Source: Clostridia bacterium (GTDB lineage: Bacteria > Bacillota > Clostridia > Christensenellales > UBA1242). Taken from it: a stretch of DNA of 64,000 nt. The notes below the pieces were generated by a model. That model was given only the letters and a program-made list of their open reading frames with translations, was not told the origin of the DNA and did not search any database. Position 1 is the stretch's first letter, and each line of letters starts with the position of its first letter. Shown here in pieces: positions 11,501-24,900 of the stretch. The stretch is from positions 80-64,079 of the forward strand of contig JAEDFV010000001.1 of the NCBI GenBank assembly GCA_016297845.1. The letters are read 5' to 3'. The position numbers and the translations under genes were made by a program.

Positions 11501-12048
11501 ACTTCTCTCAAAAGACGTTTAACTGCTTCAGCACCCATTCCAACAACGAAAGAATCTGGGCCATAAGTTTCAAGCGCTTCACGATATTCTTTATCTGAAA
11601 TCACTTGTTTGTATGCAAATGGAGTGCCTTTTGGGTCAAGCACAATGTAACTTACATAGTAGACAACTTGCTCCAAAAGTTTTGGAGTTATGTCCAAAAT
11701 TGTTCCAATTCTTGATGGAACAGAGCGAAAGAACCAAATATGAGTAACAGGGGCAGCAAGTTCAATGTGTCCCATTCTTTCTCTTCTTACTTTTGAACTA
11801 GTAACTTCAACACCACATTTGTCGCAAACAACGCCTTTGTAACGAATACGTTTGTATTTTCCGCAGTGACATTCCCAGTCTTTTTTTGGTCCAAAAATAC
11901 GTTCGCAAAAAAGACCATCTTTTTCTGGCTTTTGAGTTCTGTAGTTGATGGTTTCAGGTTTAGTTACTTCTCCGTGTGACCATTCTCTTATTTTTTCTGG
12001 TGAAGCGATTCCAATTTTAATGGAATCAAAATTTGTTAACTCAAACAT
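8533..12048 (-). CDS. rpoC: DNA-directed RNA polymerase beta' subunit
   Basis: 1171 aa; [16 protein letters not shown], zinc-binding [23 protein letters not shown]. Confidence 0.99.
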   Translation of the reverse strand: MFELTNFDSIKIGIASPEKIREWSHGEVTKPETINYRTQKPEKDGLFCERIFGPKKDWECHCGKYKRIRYKGVVCDKCGVEVTSSKVRRERMGHIELAAPVTHIWFFRSVPSRIGTILDITPKLLEQVVYYVSYIVLDPKGTPFAYKQVISDKEYREALETYGPDSFVVGMGAEAVKRLLREVDLEKEEKELKEILKTAKGQKRLKAIKKLEIVDSFLKSGNKPEWMVLDVIPVLPPELRPMVQLDGGRFATTDLNDLYRRVINRNNRLKKLLELGAPEVIVRNEKRMLQEAVDALIENGKRGKAVQGAKARDLKSLTAMLTGKQGRFRQNLLGKRVDYSGRSVIVVGPELKMYQCGLPKEMALELFKPFIIKRLVELNQSNNIKSAKRLIEREKPVVWDVLDEVIKDHPILLNRAPTLHRLGIQAFEPVLVEGRAIKLHPSVCPGFNADFDGDQMAVHVPLSIDARTEARTLMLASNNILKPSDGKPICSPAQDIVLGCYYLTVIRPGAKGENNIFSSCNEAIMAYQTGNLDIQAQIQVRRSTEVDGIKYTDRITTTVGRIIFNMAIPQNLGWIDRTKRENYNALEVNQVVKKGELSKILDMAFRNLGTTETSKMVDNIKATGFKYSTLGCMTINVYDMIVPREKDEIIEEANKKVLENDKFLARGLITEDEKINANIGIWTDATKKVQDALISQLSDFNPLKMMAVSGARGSNVQVNSICGMRGIMSGASGQKVDVPVRSNLRDGLTPIEYFLSSRGGRKGLTDTALKTADSGYLTRRLVDISHNVVVTEDDCFESAGEKVKGIKVTPIISDGVVIEPIEDRIAGRFTVDAVINPVTKEVIVPENTMISEEKAKEIADAGIKEVTIRSLLTCKCKHGVCAKCYGRNMAGKDKVNIGEAVGIIAAQSIGEPGTQLTMNNKHFSGAIAASDITKGLPRVEEIFEARKPKGEAQITEISGTVSIKEEPKSFLINVRNSETEADYEIKKPAYLKVKNGDKVEAGDALMEGSINPTDLLRTKGLKGVQDYLVSEVISVYRSQEVKINDKHIEVIVRQMLKKVKIEDAGTTNLLPGEVVDVYKYEEENMKALSEGGVPATAKRMLLGITKAALSTESFLSAASFQETSRVLTDAALKSKVDKLRGLKENVIIGKLIPAGTGLKTYRNAMPVEAND

Positions 12049-12078
12049 TGTTCTTTTTCTCCTAAATTAACTATACAA

Positions 12079-15000
12079 TTATTCATTATCGTCCAAATCT
12101 TCTAATAAATCACTTGCATCAAATGCAGTTGTTTCTTTCTCAATTTCATTTAACAAATCTACAGTTGCATCTTCTTTATTATCAAAATCAAGATTTATTT
12201 CTTTCAATTCTTCTTCAACTTCTTTTGTCAAAGGTGAGATATCATCTTGAGTAATTTCACCAATAGAAATTTCTTGTTCATTTTCAGTTAAGATTTTGAT
12301 GTCCAAACCGAGTGCTTGAAGTTCCTTAACAAGAACTTTAAATGATTCAGGAATTCCTGGTTCAGCAATAGGTTGTCCTTTAACAATAGCTTCATACGTT
12401 TTAACTCTGCCGACAACATCATCAGATTTTACAGTTAAAATTTCTTGAAGAACATTAGACGCACCATAAGCTTCCAAAGCCCAAACTTCCATTTCACCAA
12501 ATCTTTGACCACCAAACATAGCTTTACCGCCAAGAGGTTGTTGTGTAACAAGTGAATATGGTCCAATTGAACGCGCATGCATTTTACTGTCAACCATGTG
12601 GTCAAGTTTTAACATATACTTATAGCCAACTGTTGCAGGGTTGTCGAATGCTTCACCTGTTCTTCCATCGTAAAGTTGGATTTTTCCGTTTGCTGGGAAA
12701 TTGTTTTCAACTAACAATTTTTGAATATCGTCTGCAGTTGCTCCATCAAACACTGGAGTTGCAACTTTCCAACCCAAACTTTGGGCAACAAGTCCAAGAT
12801 GAACTTCCAAAACTTGTCCAACGTTCATACGTGAAGGAATACCAAGAGGATTCAAAACAATATCCAAAGGTTGACCATTTGCCATATAAGGCATGTCACA
12901 AACTGGAAGAATTCTAGAAACAACACCCTTGTTACCATGACGTCCAGCCATCTTGTCTCCGACTGAAAGTTTACGTCTTTGTGCGACATAAACTTTGACC
13001 ATCATATTAACACCTGGTTCAAGTTCGTCTTTGTTTTTGCGTGAGAATATTTGTACATCTACAACAACACCACCGCGTCCATGTTGAACACGAAGAGATG
13101 TGTCGCGAACTTCTCTTGCTTTTTCGCCGAAAATTGCACGAAGAAGTCTTTCTTCTGGTGTCAATTCTGTTTCACCTTTTGGTGTGACTTTTCCAACCAA
13201 AATATCTCCTGGAACAACTTCTGCACCAATTCTAACAATTCCGTTTTCATCGAGATTTTTCAGTGCTTCTTCGCCAAGGTTAGGAATATCTCTTGTGATT
13301 TCTTCATCACCAAGTTTGGTTGTTCTACATTTAATTTCTTCTGCTTTTAAAGTAATTGAAGTATAAATGTCTTCTTTAACCATTCTTTCGCTGACAAGGA
13401 TAGCATCTTCATAGTTGTATCCTTCCCAGTTCATGTACCCAACGAGAACGTTCTTTCCGAGTGCTAGTTCTCCGTTTTGTGTTGAATACCCATCAGCCAA
13501 AATATCCCCTGCTTTAATCTTTTCACCATGTTTTACAAGTGGTTTTTGATTTATGCAAGTATCTTGGTTTGTCTTTTGGAATTTAATTAAATCGTAGACA
13601 TCTTCTCCGTCTTCCGTTTTAACTTTAATTTGTGCGGAACTAACATAAGAAACTACACCTGGATTTTTAGCAATTACCATTGCTCCACAATCATAAGCAA
13701 TTTTTGCTTCCATACCAGTTCCAACAATTGGTGATTCTGGACGCAAAACTGGAACAGCCTGACGTTGCATGTTCGCACCCATAAGAGCACGCATACTATC
13801 ATCACTGTTAAGGAAAGGAATCAATGCTGTTGCAGCTGAAATGAATTGTCTAGGAGAAACATCAACATAATCAACCATGCTTCTTGGAACTTCAACAATC
13901 GCATTTTTATAACGACAAACAATTCTATCATTCAAGAATCTTCCGTCTTCTGTTAATGGTTCAATTGATTGAGCGATGTAATAGTTATCTTCAACATCAG
14001 CCATTTTATATTCGCTGACTTTTGAAACAATTCCTGTTTTCTTGTCAACTTTTCTATATGGAGTTTCAAGGAATCCGTATTCATTAATTTTTGCATATGA
14101 AGCAAGAGTGCTTATAAGACCGATGCTTTGTCCTTCTGGTGTTTCAATAACACATATTCTACCAAAATGTGTGTAATGTATATCACGAACTTCATCAGTT
14201 GCTCTTTCTTTTTTGATACCACCAGGGCCAACAGCTGAAACTCTTCTCTTTTGAGTTAAAGATGAAAGAGGGTTTGCTTGGTCCATAAGTTGTGACAATT
14301 GTGATGAAGCAATGAAATCTTTTAATGCTTTGTTTACAGGGCGTGGATTGATAATTTGTGAAGGTGTAACTTCGCTTAAATCTTTTCCTTGCAAACTTTC
14401 TTTCATACTTGTGCAAAGTTTGTTTACACCAGTACGGAAAGCATTTTTCATAAGTTCGCCAACAGATTGAATTCTTCTGTTTGAAAGGTGGTCAATGTTG
14501 TCAAATTCACCTATTCCTGCCAAAATATCTAAGTAATAGCTTATACTTGCAAGAATGTCATCTATTGTCAAAGTTGTAATCAAAAGTTCTTTCGCATTTT
14601 CTTTGATTGCTTTCAAACGTTTTTCTTTTGTTTTGTTATCTTTAAGAATTTGTGCAAGTGTTGGATAATAAACCTCTTCCAAAATTCCCAATTCTTCTTC
14701 ATCGCAAGGGAAAACATTTGAAAGTTTAACACGATTGTTTCCTCTTATAAGATGTCTTTCACCTTTGAGCAAAATCCAAACTTCGTTTATTCCGCTGTCT
14801 TGGATTCTTCTTGCAACATCAGCAGTAATTATGTCTCCTGCTTTTACGACAACTTCGTCTTCGATAACGATGTTATCAGCTGAAACTTTTCCTGTTATTC
14901 TTGTCGCAATTGAAAGTTTTTTATTGAATTTATATCTTCCAACTCTGCTTAAATTATAATATTGGTCAGAGAAGAAGAAAAGATTTAAATAACTTCTTGT

Positions 15001-15753
15001 TGATTCAGCAGAAGGAACTTCAGTTGGTCTTGTCTTTCTACTAAATTCTATAAGAGCTTCTTCTTGAGTTGTTTGTGGCTCTTTGTCCAAAACATTTTTA
15101 ACATATTTGTTATTTCCAAAAAGTTTCAAGATTTCTTCGTTGGTATATCCAAAACATTTGAGGAAAACGCCAAGAGTAACTTTACTTCCTCTATCGATGA
15201 TAACTTTAATTACATCATTTGCTGCTTGTTCAAATTCAAGCCACATTCCTCTTGTTGGAATCATTTGACCTTTGGCTGTTGAAAGGTCGTTTGGTGTATC
15301 TTCTGTGAAATAAACACTTGGAGAACGAACAATTTGTGAAACAACAACCCTTTCAATTCCATTAAAGATGAAAGAACCTTCCTCTGTCATTAGAGGAATA
15401 TCTCCCATGAAAACTTCTTGTTCAATTCCATTAGGATTGTCTTCTGTAACAAACTTTGCTTTTACTTTCAAAGGAGTTGTATATGAAGAGCCTCTGCGCT
15501 TACACTCACTTCTTGAAAATTTGCATTTTTTGTCAATCGAAGAAGAAAGGAAATATAATTTTCCTTTTCCGCTGTAATCAACAACTGGCGAAAACTCTTC
15601 CAAGATTTCGTCAATTCCTGTATCCAAGAATTTTTTATATGTGTCCCTTTGGATTTCAAGCAAATTTGGAGTTGGACAATATTCTTCAAGTTTCCCAAAA
15701 GTATATCTTTCTCCTCTTCCACTTTTGATTTTTTTAACCATTGTTTCCATCAT
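12079..15753 (-). CDS. rpoB: DNA-directed RNA polymerase beta subunit
   Basis: 1224 aa; [63 protein letters not shown]; AAGGAG upstream. Confidence 0.99.
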   Translation of the reverse strand: MMETMVKKIKSGRGERYTFGKLEEYCPTPNLLEIQRDTYKKFLDTGIDEILEEFSPVVDYSGKGKLYFLSSSIDKKCKFSRSECKRRGSSYTTPLKVKAKFVTEDNPNGIEQEVFMGDIPLMTEEGSFIFNGIERVVVSQIVRSPSVYFTEDTPNDLSTAKGQMIPTRGMWLEFEQAANDVIKVIIDRGSKVTLGVFLKCFGYTNEEILKLFGNNKYVKNVLDKEPQTTQEEALIEFSRKTRPTEVPSAESTRSYLNLFFFSDQYYNLSRVGRYKFNKKLSIATRITGKVSADNIVIEDEVVVKAGDIITADVARRIQDSGINEVWILLKGERHLIRGNNRVKLSNVFPCDEEELGILEEVYYPTLAQILKDNKTKEKRLKAIKENAKELLITTLTIDDILASISYYLDILAGIGEFDNIDHLSNRRIQSVGELMKNAFRTGVNKLCTSMKESLQGKDLSEVTPSQIINPRPVNKALKDFIASSQLSQLMDQANPLSSLTQKRRVSAVGPGGIKKERATDEVRDIHYTHFGRICVIETPEGQSIGLISTLASYAKINEYGFLETPYRKVDKKTGIVSKVSEYKMADVEDNYYIAQSIEPLTEDGRFLNDRIVCRYKNAIVEVPRSMVDYVDVSPRQFISAATALIPFLNSDDSMRALMGANMQRQAVPVLRPESPIVGTGMEAKIAYDCGAMVIAKNPGVVSYVSSAQIKVKTEDGEDVYDLIKFQKTNQDTCINQKPLVKHGEKIKAGDILADGYSTQNGELALGKNVLVGYMNWEGYNYEDAILVSERMVKEDIYTSITLKAEEIKCRTTKLGDEEITRDIPNLGEEALKNLDENGIVRIGAEVVPGDILVGKVTPKGETELTPEERLLRAIFGEKAREVRDTSLRVQHGRGGVVVDVQIFSRKNKDELEPGVNMMVKVYVAQRRKLSVGDKMAGRHGNKGVVSRILPVCDMPYMANGQPLDIVLNPLGIPSRMNVGQVLEVHLGLVAQSLGWKVATPVFDGATADDIQKLLVENNFPANGKIQLYDGRTGEAFDNPATVGYKYMLKLDHMVDSKMHARSIGPYSLVTQQPLGGKAMFGGQRFGEMEVWALEAYGASNVLQEILTVKSDDVVGRVKTYEAIVKGQPIAEPGIPESFKVLVKELQALGLDIKILTENEQEISIGEITQDDISPLTKEVEEELKEINLDFDNKEDATVDLLNEIEKETTAFDASDLLEDLDDNE

Positions 15754-15770
15754 AACTTCTCCTTACAAGC

Positions 15771-15805
15771 AAAAAAAAGAGTGGCAAAAATAGCACATTT
15801 TTGCC
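15771..15805 (-). terminator. Terminator/attenuator-like hairpin in the rpoB 5' leader
   Basis: Minus strand GGCAAAAAT-GTGCT-ATTTTTGCC followed by ACTCTTTTTTTT, between the rpoB promoter and start codon. Confidence 0.7.
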
Positions 15806-15870
15806 TTTTCTCTATATGTTTTAACTAAAAAATGCCCAATATTTGTCCACTTTAGCCTATACAATTTAGG

Positions 15871-15899
15871 ATTTTATCATTATTTTATATTTGTGTCAA
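15871..15899 (-). promoter_or_regulatory. Consensus promoter for rpoBC: TTGACA-17-TAAAAT
   Basis: TTGACA (15894-15899), 17-nt spacer, TAAAAT (15871-15876) on the minus strand. Confidence 0.8.
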
Positions 15900-15949
15900 C
15901 AACTTTTTAACAAATTTTTAAAATAATTGTCAAAAACTGAATGTTATTT

Positions 15950-15979
15950 CAGCAAAAAATAAAAGGCTATAAAAGCCTT
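15950..15979 (-). terminator. Terminator of the giant lipoprotein operon
   Basis: Minus strand AAGGCT-TTTAT-AGCCTT followed by TTATTTTTTG directly after the TAG stop (15980-15982). Confidence 0.65.
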
Positions 15980-18900
15980 CTATTTTGGTCTTTTTTCACC
16001 ATTTAAAGTGTATTTTGCTGAAAGAGGAATGTAGATAGTTTCGTTATCACTGGAAATTTTGTAGATATCTAAACTTGCGTCAGACAATAAACCCTTTTTA
16101 TACGTTGTTTTGTATTCATAAATTCCAATTCCATACCAAACTTGAAGCGATTCTGAAATTGAATAATTATTTATAACTATCTTTGTTAAATAACTTCCGT
16201 CACTAAGTTTTTGTTGGATATCATCTTTAAATGCGCTAGTCAAAATAATATTAATTGTTTTAGTTAGTTCACTATTAACACCAGAATCAGGAGACACGAC
16301 TTTACAATTTATCATATCCTCAACATAACCAGAAATATAGCCCACAACAGTTCCAACACTTGTTATAACTTCTGATGATGTTGAAGTTATTGCTCCACTA
16401 TGGAATGAATCAATAATTGAAATTTTGTAAGAACTTGAGTCAAGATTTTTAATTTGACCGACTAAGCCACCTATTTTATTTCCGCCAATTATCTCGCCAA
16501 TTATTATAACATTTTCAATTCTTCCTGCGCTCATAAGTCCAACTGCTCCACCTAATGCACCAACATCAATTTTTGCTTTAAGTTTAGTATTAACATAAAC
16601 ATTTTTAATTGTACCGTTAGACATATAGCCAGCAATATTACCTATCGCATTTGGAGAGAAATTTTCAGAACCAAAGAATCCGAGATAAGCACTTCCATCA
16701 TCACCAACTATTTTGACATCTTCAATAGTTCCAAGGTTGTGGCCAGCAACAACTCCGCCATAGACGTCAGCTTTAACTTTTTGACCTTGTGCACCAATTG
16801 CTTCCAAATTTTGAACTATTACGTTTTTGCCAATATACCCAAACATGAGTCCAGCATTTTCAGCCGCTGAAACATTGTTTCCATAGACAGAAGCAAAAAC
16901 AACTCTTCCATAACCATTTACTATTCCAGCAATCATGCCAGCATAAGAAACTTGATTTGAATTTCCGTTCAAATATTCTCTAATTGGGTGATTATTCAAA
17001 CTGGCCCTATATGAAGCATTAACTGAAATGCTAGAAATAATATTGTTGAAATTAAATTCACCCTCTGCAACTCCACAGATGCCACCAACAGCATTCTTTC
17101 CAAGAACGGTTACACCTTCAAGTTCAACTGCATAAGTTGCACCATCAATAACAATATTGACAAGAGTTGCACCATAGACTGTTCCAGCAACAGCTCCGAC
17201 ATTGTTACAGTTTGCCAAGCTTATATATCGTGGAGCAAAAGTTAAATTCTTTATGCTTCCGACTTTTTGGCTTGCAAGTCCAATCGTTCCAAAGAATCCA
17301 GCGTTGTCAAGTTTTGCCCCGCTGTCCAAAACATAGTTTCCAATTGTATATCCATTTCCTTCTAGATTTCCAAGGAATGTATATTGATAAAGACCACTGG
17401 AAACTGTTGATGTTTCATAGATTATATCTCCGATAAGTCTACAATATAGGTCTTTTATGATAACGCCCGAAGTGAATCCAGAACTTGAACTAATTAAAAA
17501 TTCCAAATCATCTTGAGAAGAAATTATATAAGGATTAAACTTACTTCCTTCAGGATTCTTTTCTTCATCTTCATAAATATATGTTGTTGTTTCTGTTGCT
17601 GAATCGAAGTATGTATCAACAAGTTTTTTATGTCCATAGGTCAAAATGTTTGGTGATACAAGTTGTGGTGCTTTTGTACTAAAAGTCAAGTATTCACCCT
17701 TTTCATTGCAGAAATCAACTTCGCCCAAACTTCCGTTTGCCCAGAACCAAACTCCTTCAGTTTTATCTGCAGTATTTGAGAATGCGTATTTTTCAAATTT
17801 ATCACTGTCTGAGAAATCATTTTCGGTTTGCAAAATTTCAAGTCCTTCAACTCCTTTGTTGCTCCCAAGACCCTTATTAAAGTTGCCACTTTCTAGTGCA
17901 AAACATGCTTCAAGTTCGCCAGAATTCAAAATTGAATTTTCAGAAATACCTGTCAAAATTCCAATGAACACGCCATTTTTTGCAGAACTTTCAAGAGCTG
18001 AAGTTGAATAGCAATGGGTAATTTTTCCTTCAGATTGGTTATTAAACACGAATCCACTTGCACTTTCGTTTGTTTTCACAGGTATATTTGAATAACAATT
18101 CGAAATTTCACCATAATTTTCATAGACAAACGCACCAGCACTTGCAGTCGAATAAATTATGTTTACTCCAGCAACTTCGTCTGGGAACATATCAGCGTCA
18201 GTATATCCTGAAGTTATGTAGGTTGTAAAAATTGTTCCACCAAGTTGGTTAACACCAACAACTCCCCCAGTAATTGCTGAGACAGAACCAGCAGTGTTGT
18301 TTTCAATTCTTGCCTTTACATAACTTGATGCAATACTACCACTTCCGCCATTAATTGCAGTTATTCCACCAAGGTTTGCTGGAAGATAACCAGATGTTGA
18401 CAAATTTGTTGCGTTAAGTGACAAGCCTGTTTCAATATGGCTGTTTGTTATATCACCATTGTTGATGCCAACAAGTCCACCAACCTGGTTTCCAACTTCA
18501 GTTGAATCTGGAATTCCAAACAAATTCAAATTCATAATTGCATATTGCTCGCCTTGAACTGAGCAGTTTGTTATTTTTCCATTATTTTCTCCAACTAAAA
18601 GTCCAAAAGTTACGCTTGTGTAATCATAGAAATTAAAGTTTGTGTTTTCGTTTACAAAAATTACAATATTTTGCAAAAGAGTGTTTTGTGCAGTTATCTT
18701 AAATAACCCAAATTTTATAGATTTTGTCTCTTCCGATTTCAAACTATATTCCCTTGGAAGAGTAATTTTGTAATTATTTCCATTAAATCCACCAATCAAT
18801 GTTTCAATTGGAGTAAAATCATCTGGCAAGGGTATATCATTCATAAGAATGTAATAATTTCCTTCTCTCATGTCTAACATATCTTCGTAAGAATAAATAG

Positions 18901-21900
18901 GATAAGGATTTCTTAGACTAGTTTTTTCCGAAATATCAAACGTGAAAATTTGAGAAAGAGTATATAAATTTTTTCCAATAACATCTTCGGTGTAAAGCGA
19001 CGGAATTCCATTATCATTATAATAGAATTTTGCAGAGAATTTTATTTCCAAGTCTGGCGCCGAAGGGGTATGAACTTTCATAAACTTTATGACAATTTTC
19101 TTTGTCGTTTCATTATATGAAATTTTAAATCCACCTTTAGAGGTTGTGTAGACTTTTGTGTTTCCAACACCATCTTTAAAATTCTTATTTCCAATAATTG
19201 TGTTCCATGTTCCTGTTGATTCCCTAAATGACCATACCAATTCCGTTTCATTTCCGACTGAAAGGTCAGAGAGGAATTTTAAAACATTATTACGAATTGT
19301 TTCATTTGATTTGTTATATATCAAAATGTCTGAATTAAGAGAAATTTCAAAAGTATACGAATTTCCTATCGCTGAAGCATAAATATTGTTAAAAACGTTT
19401 GAAACAATGTCGCTTAGGTTATTTTCTTTTACAACAAATTGTTCAAGTTCAATATACAAGATTGCTTCTTGGCTTTTCTCGCCATCAATATCAAGACCAT
19501 AAGACTTTATCATAAGGGTGCGTTCGCCACTTGGCAATGCATCTTTTATGACAAGTTTATATGTTCCATCATCATTTTTAACTATTGAAACAAATCCAGA
19601 AGCATTTCCTGAAAGTTCGAAGCAAACTTGACCATCTGTTATAATTGATCCTGATGTAGTAAAAGTCCCAAAAGTGAAACCTTTTACATCAACATCTAGG
19701 TCATATGAAACTCCTTGAGCGAGTTTAACAGGATTGTTCTCGTTATTTCCGCTTGAAACACCATCAACCGTCAATATAACTCCTGGCAACCTCTCAACAA
19801 AGAAATTCAACAAAACTTCGTCGCCAATTTGATTTCCATTTTCGTCGCGGAAAATAACTTTTAAAGCAACCTGAGAGTTATCGCTCATTCGTTGGTCAGC
19901 AAACGCTCTCACATAAAATTTTCCGTTTTGTATCAAACTTTTTGGAATGCTAATTCCATTAGAAATTCTTTTTGCCCCGCTAAGTGGAGCGTCAAGAACT
20001 CTGTCAAAAAGGTCAAAGGCAAGGTCATATTCATTCCCTTCAACATTGACTATTTCAACTGTTTTAAAGTATGTGAAATATGGAGTTATACTCAATTCAA
20101 GAAGAGAATGTTGTCCAGGGATAATAACTCCACTTGGGATATAGGAAAATCTGCCACTGAAATTATATTTCTCTTCATCTTTCGAAATAGTTGGGAACAA
20201 ATTTGTATAAACTGAAATTACACTTTGAGGTTGATAGGTTATTGTCATGCTTGACGAAACACCATTTGATGCCGTAATTGTTATTTTGAAAGTTTTTGCA
20301 GAAGAAATAGTTTTTCCATTTTCGTCAAGTTTGAATTTAATCGTAAAATTGCTATTAACTTTACAATTTATATGGAAACTGAGAGTGTCTCCATAACTTT
20401 CTCCTGATTTGTTAGTAAGTGAATCTTCACCACATTGAACAATTAATTCCAAGTATAATGTGCCTGGGTCAACGAGAATATTTCCGTTTTCATCAAGTTC
20501 CTTGATTGAAATTGTTACCTCTTCATTTTCATTAATTGAATCAAGAGAAACATTCATGTCGGTCACATAATATGGCTCAGTTTCTATTTTATTTTTTGAA
20601 ATATTAATTCCTTTTGTTGTGTTTTCGAAAACAAATTTACTATTAATTTCTTTTTTAGATTTTTCGTCAACTTCCAAATCTAAAATTTTAAAATACGTTT
20701 TTCCATCTTCGCCAACAAATTCAATATAAGGTAAAATTGTTACATTATACTCACCCGTATTTCCATTAACACTTATTTGATATGTTTCAGGGTCATTTTG
20801 AACAAGTTTAAGTGCCAAATCTAAGATTTCTTCTCCAGGCTTAATATATTTTGTTTCTCCACCAACTACAATTTTGAAAAGCATTTTTATATCAGTTGGT
20901 ATATCAAAATTCTTTAAGTTGTATTTATCTAATAATGACAAATATAATATTTTACTTAATTCTGCATCGAAAACAACTGTGGAATCATTTTCAATTTCAG
21001 TCGCTTTCGTGCTGTCGAGATAAACAGAAATATTATTGGCAAAGGAAATCACCTTAACATAAATTTCTTGTGAACCAGTTACATATGGAGAAGAAACAAT
21101 TAGTTTTGTTTCACCAATTGATTTTGGAACTAATTTTCCATTTGAAATTGCTAAAATTTCATTATTTGAAGATTCAATCAAATATCTATTTCCAAGAGAA
21201 GTCGTTAACATTGAAGAAATTTGTTTTTCAATATAATCTCCATTTTTGTCATGCAAGAATATATAGAATGCAACCTTGCCATCAAGTGAAGATGATGATA
21301 ATTCGAATTTTTCACCTTCTTCAGTAAGCATCATGTTTATAGTTGCCGTTGGAAGGAAAATAAATCCAAAACCTTCAACTTCTTTTATTTCAGTTTTAAG
21401 TTTATTTTCAGCAACACCATATGATTTTGTTGGATTGTTGTCACCTTTTTTATATATTGCATAATTACGTTCAGTATCAGTAATTTCAAATTGACTTACG
21501 CCATTTCCATCGGCAATTGCAACAACATAGTCAATTGTTCCGCCTGTTTTTGCGCCAACAATAAAGCCATATTTATTCGAAGAGCTAATATCAACTGCAT
21601 TTGTGTCGCTCAAATATGAAATGAACGAAGAACTTCCCAAACTTCCGCCTGTCATGTTTCCAACAATTCCGCCAACGTTGTTATTTCCAGAAATAAGCGT
21701 GACACCAGATTTCTTTTCCAAACTTTCCACAATCATTCCAGATATAGTTCCAGAGTTTGTTCCAACAGCGCCACCAACATTGTCATGCCCAACAACAACT
21801 GCTTGGGAAAGACAATTTTCAATTGTGCCACTGTTGTTTCCAACAACTCCGCCAACGTTGTCAAAGTTAGAAGCAGTTATCGTTCCAACACTTTCAAGAT

Positions 21901-24900
21901 TAGACAGAAGGTTTGTTGAACTTCCAACAATTCCACCAACACAAGATTGTGTGTTAACTGAATCGACTGAATCGCAGGAAATTGTCATATTAACGTTTGC
22001 AGTTGCAAAACTGTTGTTAAATTCAACAAGCCCAGCTTCGATTGTTCTTTCAATTGTTCCATTATTTTGTCCAACTGCACCACCAACAGAGATTATTGAA
22101 GCGCTTATGCAACCTATTTCAAATTTTCCAGAAACAAGCATAGTTAATTTTGATGATGCTGTTATGTTGTTTAAAATAGTTCCGTTATTAACTCCAACAA
22201 CTCCGCCAAAATATAGAGTGTTGTTGCCAACAGAAATTGAACTGCCATTTTTAATTTCAACTGAAACATTTTCAATTGTTCCGCTGTTCTTTCCAGCAAA
22301 ACCTCCAATATAAATTGTTTTGCCTGTGTTTTCGCTGAAATCCAAATTGAATAAAACATCAAGTTTTATTCCAGAAATTGTTCCTGTTATTTCTTTAAAA
22401 AGTCCAATATAAACTTCATTGGTTGTGTTTGAACAACTTTCAAATTCTTTTGTGAATGTTGCGCTTTTCCCATCTTCTGATTTAATTGTCCCAGAAAGTG
22501 TTTTATTCGACCAATCATAGCCCGACAAGTCAAAATTTCCCGAAACAATATAATATTTTTCGAAATTAGTATTGACTAATTTTTCAATGTCATCAGCAGT
22601 CTTTATGTAATAAGGATAAGCTTCGCTTCCATCATTTATATTAACCGAAATGTCAACAAATGTTGAATAATCACTTACAGTTGAATAACTGTCAAGAGCG
22701 ATTAATCTTAATGTACCTTTTCCTGCAACGTCATTGTTTTTTAATTCAATTTTCAATCCAGTCTCAATTTTTGTTATTGAAATATCAGATTCATCAATTC
22801 CTTCGGTCGCTGGAATAAAGACATAGTTCCAGTTTTTGTTTGTTGCTTCAAGAGGGAAAATGGAAACAAGAACTTGGTCGTTGTTTGAATAAGGGTCAAG
22901 GTTAATTTGCGTCTTGTTCACAGATATAACATCAACTTTGTTTGCCTGTTTAACATTGAAATTAATGTTTTTGTAAACACTGGAATTTTCAACATCTTTT
23001 GAACGAGAAACGCTTGCTGAGAGTGTAACTCTTCCCAAACGTAAATTTCCATCGTCATCAAAAAGATTTCCATCATTAACCTTGCAGGTAATTATTCCCA
23101 TGCCTGCATTTTCGCCTCTCTTGAAAAATTCAAAAGTGAAAACATCACATGTGTAAACATCGCTGTCTACATTTTCAACTTTTGCAAGTTCTCCAACATT
23201 AGTCGTCCAAACAACTGCATCAAAAATGTCTTGTTTAATCGAAGTTGGAACAACGTTTAAATATATGTTTGCAGTTGCAAGATTTTTTGAGAAATACCCA
23301 ACTGATGTGTAATCATATAAACTGAAATTGGTTGAACCTTTGCTTGTCGAAATGGAAAGCGAACTTATTTCAGTTATGGCTGACATTAAAATCATACCGT
23401 TTGCATTCTCAGTTACAGAAACTATTTCTCCGCTTTCATTAACTTTGTTAAATGTGATTTCAACTGTAAGTTCTTTTTTCGAAAATTCGTTTTCAAAAAT
23501 CAATTTTCCGTTTGTAGGAGTTTCAATTACAGTTCCATCAATTTTCAATTTGTATGTAAAATCACCACTCGCAGAAATTAATAGTGGGACTGCCGAATTA
23601 GTTTTAACAATTGCATATTGGTCATATGTTTTTTCGTTATAAACATAGTTAGACAAAACAGCAGTTAAACTTGAATTTTGACTTACCTCAGGGAAAGAAA
23701 TTTCAGCATTTGAAACACTTTGAATAACGTTGTAGTTAAAGGTTATTTTCACACCATTTCCAAGAACAACCTCAAAACTTCCAAACCCTGTGTCTATTGC
23801 AGTAAGTTTGATTTTTTCACCATCTTTAATCACTTGTAAAATTCCACTTGATGAAATCACAGTGAAATCTGACAATGCCCCAAGCGAAGCACTGCCTGCA
23901 AATCCACACACTTCAAGTTCAAGTGTTTTTCTTGAATTGTAAACTTCTTGACCCAAAACTTTTCCGCTTGTGTTAAGGTCAAAATTGTAATTATTTATTG
24001 ATTCAATTCCAGAAATAAGTTTAACATTTGTAGGTGAATTTTGAACATTGAAATTGTAGGTTTTTTCAGTGACAAAATCCACTCCCTCAAACGTAAATGA
24101 AATTTTTGCTTTTACGTTGTAGGTTTTAGGCGTAACACCTAAGTTTGCTTTAACACAGAATGTTTCTCCACTTGAAAAAGTAAGTGTTTGTTTTTGTGTG
24201 CCCGTTCGTGTCATGAGAATGAACTTACCAAGATCAGCATCTTCAAATTCAAGTGAAATTGTCGATTGCGAGAATAAATCACTTCTGCCAATCGAAATTG
24301 TTAAACCTGTTCCATAACTTCCACTGTAGTAGTCATATATCAAGAATTCTTCACTTTCTTTCGTTTCACCAAGCTTTTTGAGTTCAATCAAACTTGATGC
24401 AGTTTTGAATTCAACGGTTGTTTTTAGACTTTCGCTGTATTCATACTCTCCAACTTTGAAAGTGAATTTCACGTCATATTCAGAATATCCTTCATACTTA
24501 AATTCAAATTCAAATACATACGTTGAAAATTGTTCTCGTGAAGTGTCAACAAGATTTTTAAATTTTGATGTTGCAAAATTGTTTTGAGTTATTTGTTCAA
24601 GGTTTGTTGGAATGATATATATCCCAATTTCTTGACCTTTTGAGAAAGCTTTGGCAGAAATCTCCAAATCTTTCTCATCACAATCAAGAGTTACATAGAC
24701 CTTTCGAACTCCATATGAAACACCTTCTTTAGATGTAACATTTTGTATAACCGTCAATGTCTCGCCAAGTTCGGCATAACTTTCAATACCAGAATTGTCA
24801 TAAACTGTCTTTTTAAGCCCCATACTTTCCAAGCTGTCAACAACAACAACTGAAATTGTATCAAGCGCTTCTGTCCCAACAAGTCGAATTGCTCTGACAG

